DNA of 64,000 nt from an uncultured Alphaproteobacteria bacterium. GTDB lineage: Bacteria; Pseudomonadota; Alphaproteobacteria; Rhizobiales; Xanthobacteraceae. Numbering within the stretch: the stretch's first letter is position 1; each line of letters opens with the position of its first letter. Positions 41,249 through 53,424 of the stretch are shown here, piece by piece. A program made the position numbers and the translations under genes. Where the stretch lies: contig CAVUCB010000099.1 of NCBI GenBank assembly GCA_963739755.1, positions 11,148 through 75,147 on the forward strand. The letters are read 5' to 3'. The notes below the pieces were generated by a model that worked only from the letters and a program-made list of their open reading frames with translations, ran no database searches and was not told the DNA's origin.

Positions 41249-42063
41249 GCCGCGCTCTCCGTGAGCGGCTTGTCGTCGGGGTCGACCAACACCTCGTCCT
41301 CTTCGCCGAGATAGGCGCGCTTGACGTGAGGATCTGCCAGCACCGCGGCCGGATCGCCCTCGGCGATCTTGCGGCCGAAATCGAGCACGGTGACGCGGTG
41401 GGAGATGTCCATCACCACACCCATGTCGTGCTCGATCATCACGACCGTCATGCCGAACTCCTCGTTGAGGTCGACGATGTAGCGCGCCATGTCCTCCTTT
41501 TCTTCGAAGTTCATGCCGGCCATCGGTTCATCGAGCAGGATCAGATTTGGCTCTAGCGCCATGGCGCGGGCGAGCTCGACGCGCTTGCGCAAGCCATAGG
41601 GCAGGGTGCCGGCGGTGACCTTGCGCACCGACTGCAGGTCGAGGAAATCGATGATCTCTTCCACCTTGCGGCGATGCTCGAGCTCCTCGCGCCGCGCGCC
41701 GGTCAGCCAGTACAGCGATCCCGTGATGAAATTGTTCTTCAGCAGGTGATGGCGCCCGACCATGATGTTGTCGAGCACGCTCATATGGTGGAACAGCGCC
41801 AGATTCTGGAAGGTGCGGCCGATACCGAGCGAGGCCCGCGCATTTGGGGTGAGCCCCGTGATGTCGCGCCCGCGATAGAACAGGTTGCCTTCGGTCGGCC
41901 GGTAGCGGCCCGAGATGCAATTGACGATCGAGGTCTTGCCGGCCCCGTTCGGACCGATGATGGAAAACAGCTCGCCATCCTTGACCGCGAAGCTGACATC
42001 GGTGAGCGCGCGCACGCCGCCGAAGCGTAACGAAACCCCGCGCACTTCCAACGTGTGGTCCAA
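41245..42063 (-). CDS. Liv-type ABC ATPase (LivG-like)
   Basis: GPNGAGKT, RTFQN, LPYG, LLDEP, EHDM. Confidence 0.9.
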   Translation of the reverse strand: MDHTLEVRGVSLRFGGVRALTDVSFAVKDGELFSIIGPNGAGKTSIVNCISGRYRPTEGNLFYRGRDITGLTPNARASLGIGRTFQNLALFHHMSVLDNIMVGRHHLLKNNFITGSLYWLTGARREELEHRRKVEEIIDFLDLQSVRKVTAGTLPYGLRKRVELARAMALEPNLILLDEPMAGMNFEEKEDMARYIVDLNEEFGMTVVMIEHDMGVVMDISHRVTVLDFGRKIAEGDPAAVLADPHVKRAYLGEEDEVLVDPDDKPLTESAA

Positions 42064-42366
42064 TCATCCCTCCCGGATTAGGCGCTTGTCGCGCTCTTTA
42101 TCTGGCATTCATGACTTCGGCGCGATCCTATATCGGCGAGCTCAGGTAGACCATGCGGCGAAGGGCGGCTTGCCGCTTGGTACACCGGATGCCATCAACG
42201 TTCGCGCCATGCCCAACGTCCCCGGTTGGGCGCGACGGCTTCCATAAGGTAAAGCCGTCATTTGAAATGTCTTGCGTCTGACAATTCGCAGGCAATTTTC
42301 GCAGGACGACTTTGAGTCCGATTGCTGCATTGCAACATGAGGCCGTGACGGCCTTTCGATGGGATC

Positions 42367-43041
42367 ATGATCACCCCGGACTACCTCCGCCGTATTGCGA
42401 TCTGGTCGCGCGAACTACCCGAACGCGAGATCGAAGCGGCATGTGCGGGGATCACCGAGCGGTCGTACCACGCGGGCGAATTCGTGTTCCTGCGCGGCGA
42501 CCGGTTCGACTACTGGACCGGGGTGGTCACGGGCCTGATGCGGATGAGCATCGTCTCGCGCGGTGGCAAGGCCATGACTTTCACCGGCCTGTCGGCGGGT
42601 GCGTGGTTCGGCGAGGGCACCGTGCTGAAGAAAGAGCCGCGGCGCTATGACATGACCGCGCTGCGCGACTCCCGCCTCGCGCTGATGGACCAGGCCACCT
42701 TCTTTTGGCTCTACGAGAACAGCGTCGCCTTCAACCGCTTCCTGGTGGTGCAGCTGAACGAGCGGCTCGGTCAGTTCATCGGCCTCGTCGAATATGGCCG
42801 CACGCTGGACGCGACCGCGCGGCTAGCGCGCTCGATCGCCTCGCTGTTCAACCCGATCCTCTATCCCGATCTGAGCCGCCACCTCGAGATCACCCAGGAA
42901 GAAATCGGAGCGCTGTCAGGCATCTCCCGGCAGAATGCCAACCAGTGCTTGAAGCGGCTGGAGAAAGAGGGGCTGCTGCGGCTCGAATATGGCGGGGTGA
43001 CCATCCTCGACCTCGACCGTCTGCGCAGCTATGACGAGTAA
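42367..43041 (+). CDS. Crp/Fnr-family regulator
   Basis: WFGEG cNMP-like domain; ITQEEIGALSGISRQNAN HTH; divergent from the ABC/ligase operon. Confidence 0.9.
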   Translation: MITPDYLRRIAIWSRELPEREIEAACAGITERSYHAGEFVFLRGDRFDYWTGVVTGLMRMSIVSRGGKAMTFTGLSAGAWFGEGTVLKKEPRRYDMTALRDSRLALMDQATFFWLYENSVAFNRFLVVQLNERLGQFIGLVEYGRTLDATARLARSIASLFNPILYPDLSRHLEITQEEIGALSGISRQNANQCLKRLEKEGLLRLEYGGVTILDLDRLRSYDE

Positions 43042-44417
43042 CTCGGGGGATAATTCCCGAAAAGTGGTCCTCCCGACGGGATGACGTTGTTTCACGCTGA
43101 GATAACGGTGGATGAGGCGAAATCACAGCCAACGGGGCAAGTCAGATAGGCGCACATGGAACGATCTCTCTCTGGATTGCGGACCATTCGTTTCGGTAAT
43201 CCAGTGCCAAAATGAAGGCGGCCGCTGCTTCGCTCGCTCCACCAGCGGCAGACGACTGCCCGGCCTGCGATGGTAAAAACGCCGAAGCAGAGGAGCGCGG
43301 CGCAAATCGCCAGCCGGATGTTGTTCGACATTGGGGCTCGCCAGCTGTGACGCTCAACTATACACCATGCCGCGCCAGCGTAGCGTCCGAACTGAAAAAA
43401 GCTTGAGGCGGCTTCGAACGGGAATTTGAAAGGAATCGCCTGCGGATGCAAACACGCCGTCCTAATTGATGCGAGTGTCGTCAGGTGATGCTGATCCCAG
43501 GATCCTCCGGACGGAACTTGCGACCGCGCCGGGCAGGGCTCGGGGTTACCCTTCGTGCTCGCTCGCTAGTCTTAGTCTAAGTCTAGCTGTCGGCGCAGAA
43601 CGGCCGTCCAGGGATTTTACTGACAAGGAGTTCTTCCAGCAAAGTTTCCACCGCAAGAGCCGAACTTCGCTCGGTGCGCAGTATCGCCCTCAGCGTGACC
43701 GGCGCACTGCCATGCGCGCCTAACCGACCGCATCGGATTATTGCTGCGGCAACGGCCGGGCTTCTTTTGGGGTTAGCTGTTAGCTTTAGGCTGCCGAATC
43801 TATTTTTGTCGGCCGGCTATTTCGTCGTTTTACTCATGCTCGCTTTTCGTTCCGGAGTATCCGAAGCAAATGGCAGCGTATTCGCGACCACCTATGGCGG
43901 CGCCGATACCGTGCCGCCCACTTCAGCTTTAGTGTTGCGGGCGACTACACAAGGGACATGCAGGGTAGCTTAATCATCCTGACGGCAGCATGGACCGCAT
44001 TCGCCGTACTCTCTAGCGCGCAGAAGGTAGTGGCCTCTATTGTCGCCGTGAACCTCACTGCAAATCTGGCGTTCTTTCTGAGCCATCCGATTTTCACGCC
44101 TTACTATTTGATGCCACTCGCGATGCTCTCGATTTCGGACCTTATTAAAGACAACCGTTACGCAATTAGAATTGTCGCCGGCCCTCTCCTCGTCACCCGT
44201 CGCCCGGCCCACTGTTAATTAGTGCCATAGCATCTATCCCCTATCTCGAATCATTGCGCAGCGGTGAGTGCCAATTCGAATTTTTTCCCTCCCCGGGCCA
44301 TGCGGATGAAGCAGACGTTGCGGATCCCGTTTACGCCCTCGCGCTCCGTAATTGCACGCGATCGCGACGAAGCAATCCAGACCGTTGCTCCGCTTCGCTC
44401 GCAATGACGGCTGGGCG

Positions 44418-45258
44418 CTAGCTCACCACCCTCGGCGAGCTTTTCGCCAACTCCGCTGCCATCGCCGAAATCAGCGGCTTCATGAAATACGCGCCTTCGG
44501 CGGGTAAGATGTTCGCGCTGCAGGCCGTGGGTCTTCAGTTCATCCGACACAACAGGCCCGACGGAGGCGATCGGCGTCTTCGAGAGTGCCTCGCGCAGGC
44601 GCGGCTCGCAGCCATGCGCCTGTGCGACGTCGAACAGACGTCTGACCTGGCCTGAACTCGTCAGTGCGATCGTATCGATGCGGCCCCTTGCCATCTCCTC
44701 GATCGCGGTGACGATGTTGCTGTCGGCGGCCTTCGCGTCATAGACATACGGCAGCACCGTATCGACGCTGGCGCCTTGCGCGGATATCGCGCCGATCAGC
44801 GCGCCGTGGTCCTTGTCGGGATAGAGCTGCAGTCCAAGGCGGCGGCCTTTCAGGTCGATGTGCGACAGCATCTCAGCGATGCCCTCCGAGGTCGGTTTCT
44901 CCGTGGTCTGCTGCGGTTCGAGCCCGATCTCGCGCAGCGCGCGCCCCGGTTTTGGACCACGCGCAAACTTCCTTGCCTTGCCAAGCGCAGCGATGAAATC
45001 CTTTTCCACATCGATCCGTCGCACCACCTTCATCAGCCGGCGCAGGCCTTCGCCGGTCATCAGCACGAGATCGTCAAGGGGTTTTTCGATCGAGCGGCCG
45101 ATCCAGGCTTCGATCGGAACAGGGTCGGGTGCGTCGTTGATCGCAAACATCGGGCATTGCAAGACATCGGCGCCTTGCTCGGCAAGCAGGCGCGAGAACT
45201 GCGCCTCCTCGCGCGTTTCCAGGATCAGGATGCGGTAACCGTTGAGCCTGTCAGCCAT
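44418..45258 (-). CDS. hemD: Uroporphyrinogen-III synthase family (frameshift near 44520)
   Basis: [27 protein letters not shown]; alternate-frame C-terminus [10 protein letters not shown]...*. Confidence 0.75.
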
Positions 45259-45393
45259 GAGATTGATCTTAACGATGTTCGAGCGTGCTTGTTCATCCTG
45301 AACTCTGATCTGACAGTTGGCGCAAGGTCATCCCAGATGATAGAGCAGGGCCGAAAAATCGCTTCCCTTGCTCAAGGCTTAATCAGGCCGCTC

Positions 45394-46257
45394 ATGCCCG
45401 ATCATCAATATGTATTGACGCTGTCCTGTCCCGACCGCCCCGGCATCGTGTCGGCGGTCTCGACGTTCCTTGCCCATAACGGGCAGAACATCCTGGACGC
45501 CCAGCAATTCTCCGACGTTGAGGACGACAAGTTCTTCATGCGCGTGGTGTTCACCGCCGCCGATCTCGCGGTCGAGCTGTTGGCGCTGCAGACCGGGTTT
45601 GCCGCGATCGCCGAGCGCTTCCACATGGACTGGCAGATGCGCGACCGCGCCACCAAAAAGCGCGTGATGCTGCTGGTCTCCAAATTCGATCATTGCCTGG
45701 TCGACATTCTCTATCGCTGGCGTACCGGCGAGCTTGCCATGATCCCGACCGCGATCGTCTCCAACCATCCGCGCGATACCTATGCCGGACTCGATTTCGG
45801 CGAGATTCCGTTTCACCATTTGCCGGTCACGAAAGACACCAAGCGCGAGCAGGAGGGCAGGATCTGGAGCCTGTTTGGAGAGACCAAAACCGATCTCGCA
45901 GTGCTCGCGCGCTACATGCAGATTTTCTCGGACGATTTGTCGGCGAAACTGTCGGGACGCAGCATCAACATCCACCACTCGTTCCTGCCGGGCTTCAAGG
46001 GCGCAAAGCCCTATCACCAGGCGCATGAGCGTGGCGTCAAGCTGATCGGTGCCACCGCGCATTATGTCACGAGCGACCTCGACGAGGGGCCGATCATCGA
46101 CCAGGATGTCGAGCGCATCAGCCACCGCGATACGCCCGACGATCTCGTGCGCAAGGGCCGCGACATCGAGCGCCGCGTGCTGGCGCGCGCGATCCGCTAT
46201 CATCTCGAGGACCGCGTGATCCCGAACGGCCGCAAGACCGTGGTGTTCGTCGACTGA
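45394..46257 (+). CDS. purU: Formyltetrahydrofolate deformylase
   Basis: [13 protein letters not shown] domain; [27 protein letters not shown]. Confidence 0.95.
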   Translation: MPDHQYVLTLSCPDRPGIVSAVSTFLAHNGQNILDAQQFSDVEDDKFFMRVVFTAADLAVELLALQTGFAAIAERFHMDWQMRDRATKKRVMLLVSKFDHCLVDILYRWRTGELAMIPTAIVSNHPRDTYAGLDFGEIPFHHLPVTKDTKREQEGRIWSLFGETKTDLAVLARYMQIFSDDLSAKLSGRSINIHHSFLPGFKGAKPYHQAHERGVKLIGATAHYVTSDLDEGPIIDQDVERISHRDTPDDLVRKGRDIERRVLARAIRYHLEDRVIPNGRKTVVFVD

Positions 46258-46260
46258 TCT

Positions 46261-46545
46261 TCAGTGCGCGGGATCGAGCCCCGGCTGGTCGGGCTGGTTC
46301 GGCTTTTTCTCGCGCTGGTCCGCCGGCATCAGGCGCTGCCGTTCCCGCTCTTTCATGAACTCATCGTATTTCGCAGTGCCCGGGCGCGGCGGGGCGTCCG
46401 CCGGCAGCCCGCCGGCCCATTGCGGGACGTAGTCGCCCATGCCGGCCACGAGCTTTTCGTTGATGGTGCCGCAGCCCGACAGTGCGCACGCCAGCAGCGC
46501 GCACGCAAACAGGATCGCAAGCTCGCGCGGTCGAACACTCGTCAC
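46261..46545 (-). CDS. Small lipoprotein, hypothetical
   Basis: Lipobox LSGC; PQWAGGLPADAPPRPG. Confidence 0.7.
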   Translation of the reverse strand: MTSVRPRELAILFACALLACALSGCGTINEKLVAGMGDYVPQWAGGLPADAPPRPGTAKYDEFMKERERQRLMPADQREKKPNQPDQPGLDPAH

Positions 46546-46670
46546 TGGGCATCAAACCTTTCAAATCAACCGGCAGGCGCCCGCCGGGCCCGACGGGGAA
46601 GGCTATTCCTAATCGGTAAAATTGGCTTATTCTGGCTCGAGTTCTGGCTCGAGTTGGTATTTAAACACCT

Positions 46671-48344
46671 TTATGGTGCTGTGCATTGAAAGCTTTCCGC
46701 CTTCGTGGCGTCGCCGCTCTTGTAGTGCGGATAGGCTGGATAGCGGCACATCGGGCGGGCGGCGGTGACCGCATAGGGCGGCTTGGTCTCCTGCGCCACT
46801 TCGACCAGCTCGCCCGGCGCGCTGCCCTTTTCGACCCAGGCGGTCAGTACGGCCAACAAATCGACGCTCGCCGGCGCGCCGACGCCCATGTGGTCGGCGC
46901 CCGGATTGACATAGAGGCGCATGAAATTATCGACGCTGCCCGCGCCCATCTTCGCGACCACGGATTTGTAGTAGTCGATTCCGGCGTAAGGGCTTTGCGC
47001 ATAGTCGGCCATGTTCTCATACATGATGAGCTTGCCGCCATGCCCGGAGAACGCCCTGAGATCCGGATTGGTGGAATCCATCAGCGCCGAGATATCTTTC
47101 ATCCGGTCGGCCAATTTCGTGGGATCGAATTTCGAGGCATCGAAGTTCGGGTCGCGCGCGAAGAAATACTGCACGGCGCCGCTGCCGTAGAGCCAGGCGC
47201 GGCTGTTCGTCGGGCCCGACGGCAAGGTCGGCGCGGCGGTGCCGGTCTGCCAGCTCACCCAGCCTCCGACCGGACCGGTGCCGGGCGCTGCTTCGCCGCC
47301 AAAACCCCAACCGGGATAGGAATGCACGCCATTGGCGACCGCAAAGCCGAGGTCCATTGGGCTATGAATTAGCTTGACGGCCGCAAGCTGCGCCTCCGAC
47401 AGGCACGCGGACTCTGCTCTGGGCTTGCAGGCGAGCTTCGCCTCGTCAAAAACCGCCTTGCAGCCCTCGTAGTTGCTGACGATACCGTCGGCGAGGCCGT
47501 CGAGCTGATCGCAGGCGGCGGTCACGGCATCGCCCACGAGCTTGACCTGGTCGGGATCGAGCCAGCCGCCGCCGAACTGTGCCGCGCCGGCGCGAGTGCC
47601 CGCGGCCTGCAGGCCGACCCAGTTGATGACGGGCACACCGCTGAGGATGCCGTCGAAGTCGTTGGGGTAGCGTTGCGCCATGGTGAGGCCCTCGCGGCCG
47701 CCTTCGGAAAAGCCGACATAGTAAAGCTTTTCCGGCGCGCGCCCGTAGCGGCGCTGCATCAGCGCGACCGCGACGTCGCGAACTTTCTTGTAGGCGGCGT
47801 AGGAGAAATTCGTCAGCGCCTCGTCATTGAGCGCGAAGGCCTGCAGCGGCACGCCCGGCGCATTCTGGTGACCAGAATCGGTGCCGTAGGTGACAAAGCC
47901 CAGCGCCAGCGGCGAGGCCTGGTCGGCCCGCGCCAGCGGCGGCAGCAGGAGACCGGTGATCAGCATGCCATTGAACCCGCCGCCGCCATATTGCACGGAT
48001 GATCCGTTCCACTGCGTGGGCAGATTGACCTGGAAGCGGATCGGCGGCGCCTTGGGATCGACGGGAGCAATGGCGCCGACCACCTTGCAATATTCGGGCG
48101 TTGCGGGTGTCACGGCGACAAAGGGCGGCAGCGGCCCGAACGGCAGCTCGGCCTCCGCGAGCGGCGCCGGTGGCATGAGCTCGGCCTGCTCGATCGCAAT
48201 GCCTCCGTTCGGCAAGCCGATGCTGTTGGCCGGGACCGCTTCCTTGAGTTTGGCGCAGGCCTCACTCGTGGGCGCGACGGCGCACAGTGCCGGATAAAGG
48301 CCAGCCAACGCGCTTCCCAGCACAAGCAGTCGACGTCCCCACAT
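46671..48344 (-). CDS. Tannase/feruloyl esterase family alpha/beta hydrolase
   Basis: GGGGFNG, TDSGH, GFSEGGREG, CDQLDGLADG, RPMCRYP. Confidence 0.9.
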   Translation of the reverse strand: MWGRRLLVLGSALAGLYPALCAVAPTSEACAKLKEAVPANSIGLPNGGIAIEQAELMPPAPLAEAELPFGPLPPFVAVTPATPEYCKVVGAIAPVDPKAPPIRFQVNLPTQWNGSSVQYGGGGFNGMLITGLLLPPLARADQASPLALGFVTYGTDSGHQNAPGVPLQAFALNDEALTNFSYAAYKKVRDVAVALMQRRYGRAPEKLYYVGFSEGGREGLTMAQRYPNDFDGILSGVPVINWVGLQAAGTRAGAAQFGGGWLDPDQVKLVGDAVTAACDQLDGLADGIVSNYEGCKAVFDEAKLACKPRAESACLSEAQLAAVKLIHSPMDLGFAVANGVHSYPGWGFGGEAAPGTGPVGGWVSWQTGTAAPTLPSGPTNSRAWLYGSGAVQYFFARDPNFDASKFDPTKLADRMKDISALMDSTNPDLRAFSGHGGKLIMYENMADYAQSPYAGIDYYKSVVAKMGAGSVDNFMRLYVNPGADHMGVGAPASVDLLAVLTAWVEKGSAPGELVEVAQETKPPYAVTAARPMCRYPAYPHYKSGDATKAESFQCTAP

Positions 48345-48728
48345 GGCGTTCTCTCCCTGATCTTTTGATTTTATTCGTGTCGCTTATTCTACCGGTCGGC
48401 AACGGGCTTTTTTGTTGACAGGACCATTTCATTTGTACATTCGTACAAATGAAGGTTTGCGGCGCTGCGCGAGTGAAAAACAGGCCGGATGCCATGCCGG
48501 GGCGGCCGATTGGCGGTTCTCCCGGCGCTGCGTTGATGGTAGTCGGATACGGCGGGCTGGCTAATTGCAAGGCCGGCTTTGCGCCGAAAGGTCGCCCATC
48601 GTCCGATTGACAACTGGGCGGCGAAAGACGCCATGTCGCTGCGAGAGGCCATGGCTGATGTGAGCTATGGTGAGACAAGGGCCGGGGAACTCGGTTCAGG
48701 ACACAAGCCGATGAGGGGAGAAGCGTTC

Positions 48729-49908
48729 ATGTTCGTTCGTACTAAATTGCTGTCGCTGCTGGGCACAGCCGTTATCGTCGGCACCGTGGCGTTGAGCCCG
48801 GCGCGCGCCGAAGACAGCGTGAAGATCGGGCTGATCCTGCCGATGACCGGCGGGCAGGCCTCGACCGGCAAGCAGATCGACAATGCGATCAAGCTCTACA
48901 TGAAGCAGCACGGCGACACCGTCGCCGGCAAGAAGATCGAGATCATCCTGAAAGACGACGGCGCCGTTCCGGACAAGACCAAGACCGCGGCGCAGGAACT
49001 GATCGTCAACGACAAGGTCAATTTCATCGCGGGCTTCGGCGTGACGCCAGCCGCGCTCGCCGCGGCGCCGCTGGCCACGCAGGCGAAGATCCCGGAAATC
49101 GTGATGGCTGCGGGCACCTCGATCATCACCGAGAAGTCGCCCTATATCGTGCGCACCTCGTTCACGCTGGCGCAGTCCTCGACCATCATCGGCGACTGGG
49201 CGGTCAAGAACGGCATCAAGAAGGTCGCGACGCTGACTTCCGACTATGCGCCCGGCAATGACGCGCTGAACTTCTTCAAGGAGCATTTCACCGCCGGCGG
49301 CGGCGAGATCGTCGAGGAGGTCAAGGTGCCCTTGGCCAATCCCGACTTCGCGCCGTTCCTGCAGCGCATGAAGGACGCCAAGCCCGACGCGATGTTCGTG
49401 TTCGTGCCGGCGGGGCAGGGCGGCAACTTCATGAAGCAATATGCCGAGCGCGGCCTCGACAAGGCCGGCATCAAGGTGATCGGGCCCGGCGACGTCATGG
49501 ACGACGATCTGCTCAACGGCATGGGCGATGCGGCGCTCGGCACCGTGACCGCTCATCTCTATTCGGCCGCGCATCCGTCCGCGATGAACAAGGACTTCGT
49601 CGCCGCCTACAAGAAGGACTTTCGGCAACCGCCCGGGCTTCATGGCGGTGAGCGGCTATGACGGCATTAACCTGATCTACGAGGCGCTGAAGAAGACCAA
49701 TGGTAACACCGACGGCGACAAGCTGCTCGAGGCCATGAAGGGGATGAAGTGGGAGAGCCCGCGCGGCCCGATCTCGATCGATCCGGAGACGCGCGACATC
49801 GTCCAGAACATCTATATCCGCAAGGTCGAGAAGGTTGACGGCGAGCTCTACAATGTCGAGTTCCAGACCTTCCAGGACGTCAAGGATGCCGGCAAGACCA
49901 AGAAGTGA
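48729..49908 (+). CDS. Liv-type ABC substrate-binding protein (frameshift near 49620)
   Basis: VKIGLILPMTG...SDYAPG; C-terminus WESPRGPISIDPETRD in the next frame. Confidence 0.9.
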
Positions 49909-49917
49909 CGCCGAAGG

Positions 49918-50012
49918 CGTCATCCCGGGGCGACGGCGAAGCGTCGAACCCGGGATCTCGAAATTGTTGAAAAAGATTCCGGGTTCGCGCTGACGCGCGC
50001 CCCGGAATGACG
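49918..50012. repeat. REP-like palindromic element
   Basis: CGTCATCCCGGGGCG...CGCCCCGGAATGACG; related copy at 59099-59188. Confidence 0.75.
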
Positions 50013-50035
50013 TGTGTTGAAGCTTACCGGCACTG

Positions 50036-50905
50036 ATGACCGCAGTCCTCACCAACCTCTTCGATGGCGTCGCCTACGGCATGCTGCTGTTCGTGCTGGC
50101 CTGCGGGCTCGCGGTCACGCTCGGGCTGATGAATTTCGTCAATCTCGCCCATGGCGCGTTCGCCATGGCGGGCGGCTATGTCTGCGCGGTGCTGGTCAAC
50201 CAGCACGGCTGGCCGTTCTTCGCCGGCCTGCCGCTCGCGTTTATTTCGGCCGCTATCATCGGCGTGGTGCTGGAGCGGCTGCTCTATCGCCACCTCTACA
50301 CGCGCAGCCATCTCGACCAGGTGCTGTTCTCGGTTGGCCTCGTCTTCATGTCGGTTGCCGCCGTCGACTACATCATGGGCTCGTCGCGGATCTTCATCAA
50401 TCTGCCTTCGGTGCTGGAGGGGCAGTTCGATGTGTTCGGCGTCGGCATCGGCCGCTACCGGCTGATGATCATCGTGATCTGCGGCCTGCTCACCGCGCTG
50501 CTGCAGCTTATCCTGGCGCGCACGCGCTTCGGCAGCCGGCTCCGCGCCGCGGTCGACGATCCCCGCGCCGCGAGCGGGCTCGGCATCAACGTGCCGCAGG
50601 TGTTCGCCTTCACCTTTGCCTTCGGCTGCGGGCTTGCCGGTCTCGGCGGCGCGCTGAGCGCGGAAGTGCTGGGGCTCGACCCGTATTTTCCGCTGAAATT
50701 CATGATCTACTTTTTGATCGTGGTCACCGTCGGCGGCTCGTCCTCGATCACCGGTCCGTTCCTCGCCTCGCTCCTGCTCGGCATCGCCGACGTCGCCGGC
50801 AAATATTACGTGCCGAAGATGGGGCCGTTCGTGATCTACACCGTCATGATCGTGATCCTGATCTGGCGCCCGAACGGCCTGTTCGGCCGCACCGCCGCGC
50901 GGTGA
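50036..50905 (+). CDS. Liv-type ABC permease (LivH-like)
   Basis: GLMNFVNLAHGAF, GSRLRA. Confidence 0.9.
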   Translation: MTAVLTNLFDGVAYGMLLFVLACGLAVTLGLMNFVNLAHGAFAMAGGYVCAVLVNQHGWPFFAGLPLAFISAAIIGVVLERLLYRHLYTRSHLDQVLFSVGLVFMSVAAVDYIMGSSRIFINLPSVLEGQFDVFGVGIGRYRLMIIVICGLLTALLQLILARTRFGSRLRAAVDDPRAASGLGINVPQVFAFTFAFGCGLAGLGGALSAEVLGLDPYFPLKFMIYFLIVVTVGGSSSITGPFLASLLLGIADVAGKYYVPKMGPFVIYTVMIVILIWRPNGLFGRTAAR

Positions 50906-50909
50906 GCCC

Positions 50910-51941
50910 ATGACCGCGCCAGCCGACGTCGGATTTCACGCCAGGCAGCACGCGCGCTGGCACTCCGCCGAGATCATCTTCTGGATCGCGGCGCTGGCTT
51001 GCGCCTTCGTCTTCCCGTCGCGCTATCTGATCATGACCGACATCGTGCGGCTCGGCCTGTTCGCGTTCTCGCTCGACCTGATCCTGGGCTATGCCGGCAT
51101 CGTCTCGCTCGGGCATGCCGCGTTCTTCGGCGTCGGCGCTTACTGCGCCGGGTTGCTGGCGCTGCACGGCATCATCAATGAGCCCGTGATCGCGCTTGTC
51201 GTGGCCGGGCTCGCCGCAATGGTGCTCGGTTTCCTCACGAGCTTCCTCGTCATCCGCGGCGCCGATCTCACCCGGCTGATGGTGACGCTCGGCATCGCGC
51301 TGCTGCTGGAAGCGCTGGCCGAGCGCTATTCCAACATCACCGGCGGCACCGATGGCCTGCAGGGCATCGAGATGCAGCCGATCCTCGGCACCTTTGCCTT
51401 CGACATGTTCGGCAAGACCGGCTTCTTCTATTCGCTGGCCGTCACGTTCCTCTTGTTCCTGCTGGCGCGCCGCATCGTGCATTCGCCGTTCGGGCTGTCG
51501 CTGCGCGCGATCCGCAACAATCCGTTGCGCGCGGCCGCGATCGGCATTCCCGTCAACCGCCGCCTGATCGCGATCTACACGGTCGCCGCCTTCTACGCCG
51601 GCATTGCCGGCGCGCTGTTCACCCAGACCACGGCGCTGGCCTCGCTTGATGTGTTTGACTTCAACCGCTCCGCCGATCTGATGCTGGTGCTGGTCATCGG
51701 CGGCACCGGCTATCTCTATGGCGGGCTGATCGGCGCGGTGGTGTTCCGCATGCTGCAGGACGTGTTCTCCATCATCACGCCGCAGTATTGGCAGTTCTGG
51801 ATCGGCGCGGTCCTGGTCGCGATCGTGCTGGTCGGCCGCGCGCGGCTGCACCGCTGGGTGCTGTGGCTGCCCAATCTCGTCATCACGCACTTCGCAGGCC
51901 GCAAGGCCGCGGTGGCCGTTCCCGAGGGCGATGCGTCATGA
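50910..51941 (+). CDS. Liv-type ABC permease (LivM-like)
   Basis: LGYAGIVSLGHAAFFG, SPFGLSLRAIR. Confidence 0.9.
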   Translation: MTAPADVGFHARQHARWHSAEIIFWIAALACAFVFPSRYLIMTDIVRLGLFAFSLDLILGYAGIVSLGHAAFFGVGAYCAGLLALHGIINEPVIALVVAGLAAMVLGFLTSFLVIRGADLTRLMVTLGIALLLEALAERYSNITGGTDGLQGIEMQPILGTFAFDMFGKTGFFYSLAVTFLLFLLARRIVHSPFGLSLRAIRNNPLRAAAIGIPVNRRLIAIYTVAAFYAGIAGALFTQTTALASLDVFDFNRSADLMLVLVIGGTGYLYGGLIGAVVFRMLQDVFSIITPQYWQFWIGAVLVAIVLVGRARLHRWVLWLPNLVITHFAGRKAAVAVPEGDAS

Positions 51942-52690
51942 CGATCGCGCTGGAAACCAAGGGTCTGGAGAAATCGTTCGGCGGCCTGCGCGTCACCCGC
52001 GATCTGTCGCTGCAAGTGACCCAGGGCGCGCGCCATGCGCTGATCGGCCCGAACGGCGCCGGCAAGACCACGGTGATCAATCTCCTGACCGGCGTGCTCA
52101 AGCCCAATGGCGGCCGCATCCTGCTCGAGGGCAACGACATCACCGATCTGCCGGTGCATACGCGCGTGCTGCGCGGGCTGTCACGCACCTTCCAGATCAA
52201 CCAGCTCTACGCCGACCTGACGCCGCTGGAGACCATCGGGCTCGCGGTCTCCGAGCGCATGGGCCGCGGCGGCGACTGGTGGCGCCGCATGGGAACGCGC
52301 GACGACGTCAATGCCGAGATCGCCGAAACGTTGTCAAACTTCCATCTGCTCGATGTCATGAACGAGCTGACCTCGACCTTGCCCTATGGCAAGCAGCGCC
52401 TGCTCGAGATCGCGGTCGCGATCGCCGCCAAGCCGCGCGTGCTGCTGCTGGACGAGCCGGCCGCCGGCGTGCCCGAGAGCGAGCGCCACGATATCCTCGC
52501 CGCGGTGGCGGCCCTGCCGCGCGACGTCACCGTGCTCCTGATCGAGCACGACATGGACCTGGTGTTCTCCTTTGCCGACCGCATCTCGGTGCTGGTCAAC
52601 GGCGCGCTGCTGGTCGAGGGCCCGCCGGATGAAGTGGCGCGCGATCCGCAGGTGAAGGCGGTCTATCTCGGCGAGGCCGCCGATGCCTGA
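51938..52690 (+). CDS. Liv-type ABC ATPase (LivG-like)
   Basis: GPNGAGKT, LPYG, LLDEP. Confidence 0.9.
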   Translation: MTIALETKGLEKSFGGLRVTRDLSLQVTQGARHALIGPNGAGKTTVINLLTGVLKPNGGRILLEGNDITDLPVHTRVLRGLSRTFQINQLYADLTPLETIGLAVSERMGRGGDWWRRMGTRDDVNAEIAETLSNFHLLDVMNELTSTLPYGKQRLLEIAVAIAAKPRVLLLDEPAAGVPESERHDILAAVAALPRDVTVLLIEHDMDLVFSFADRISVLVNGALLVEGPPDEVARDPQVKAVYLGEAADA

Positions 52691-53403
52691 TCTCTTGAAG
52701 CTGGACGGCCTGCGCGCCGGCTATGGCGAGGCGGTGGTGCTGCCCAACCTGTCGCTCACGCTGCCGGAGGGGCAGGTGCTGGCGCTGTTGGGCCGCAACG
52801 GCACCGGCAAGACCACGCTGATCAATTCCATCGTCGGCATCACCCGCCGCTTCGGCGGCTCGGTCGCGCTCGGCGGGGCCGATATCACCGCGATGCGCCC
52901 GGACCAGCGGGCGCGCGCCGGGATCGGCTGGGTGCCGCAGGAGCGCAACATCTTCCGCTCGCTGACGGTGGAAGAGAACATGACCGCCGTGGCCCAGCCC
53001 GGACCCTGGACCGTCGAAAAGGTCTACGAGATGTTTCCGCGGCTGAAGGAGCGGCGCGGCAATTTCGGCAACCAGCTTTCCGGCGGCGAGCAGCAGATGC
53101 TGGCGATCGGGCGGGCGCTGACGCTCAATCCCAAAGTCCTGCTGCTGGACGAGCCGACCGAGGGGCTGGCGCCCATCATTGTCGAGGAATTGCTCAGGGC
53201 GTTGGGCACCATTACACGCTCGAGCGGCATCTGCTCCATCATCGTCGAGCAGAATGCGCAAAAGATTTTGGGGCTTGGCCGACCGCGTTGTGATATTGGA
53301 GCGCGGCGCGATCGCCCACGACGCGGAAAGCCGCGCGCTGAAGGCCGATCCCGCGGTGCTCGAACGCTACCTTGGCGTCGCGGGCGCGGCGGCACACAAA
53401 TAA
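52683..53403 (+). CDS. Liv-type ABC ATPase (LivF-like), frameshift near 53275
   Basis: GRNGTGKT, LSGGEQQ; C-terminus ADRVVILERG in the next frame. Confidence 0.9.
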
Positions 53404-53424
53404 GAAAAGCTGGGAGTTTAGACC

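Noticed and set aside
43460-44218. Lower-GC stretch with short hydrophobic ORFs
   Set aside because: Possibly a decayed membrane-protein gene, but no recognisable motif supports a call
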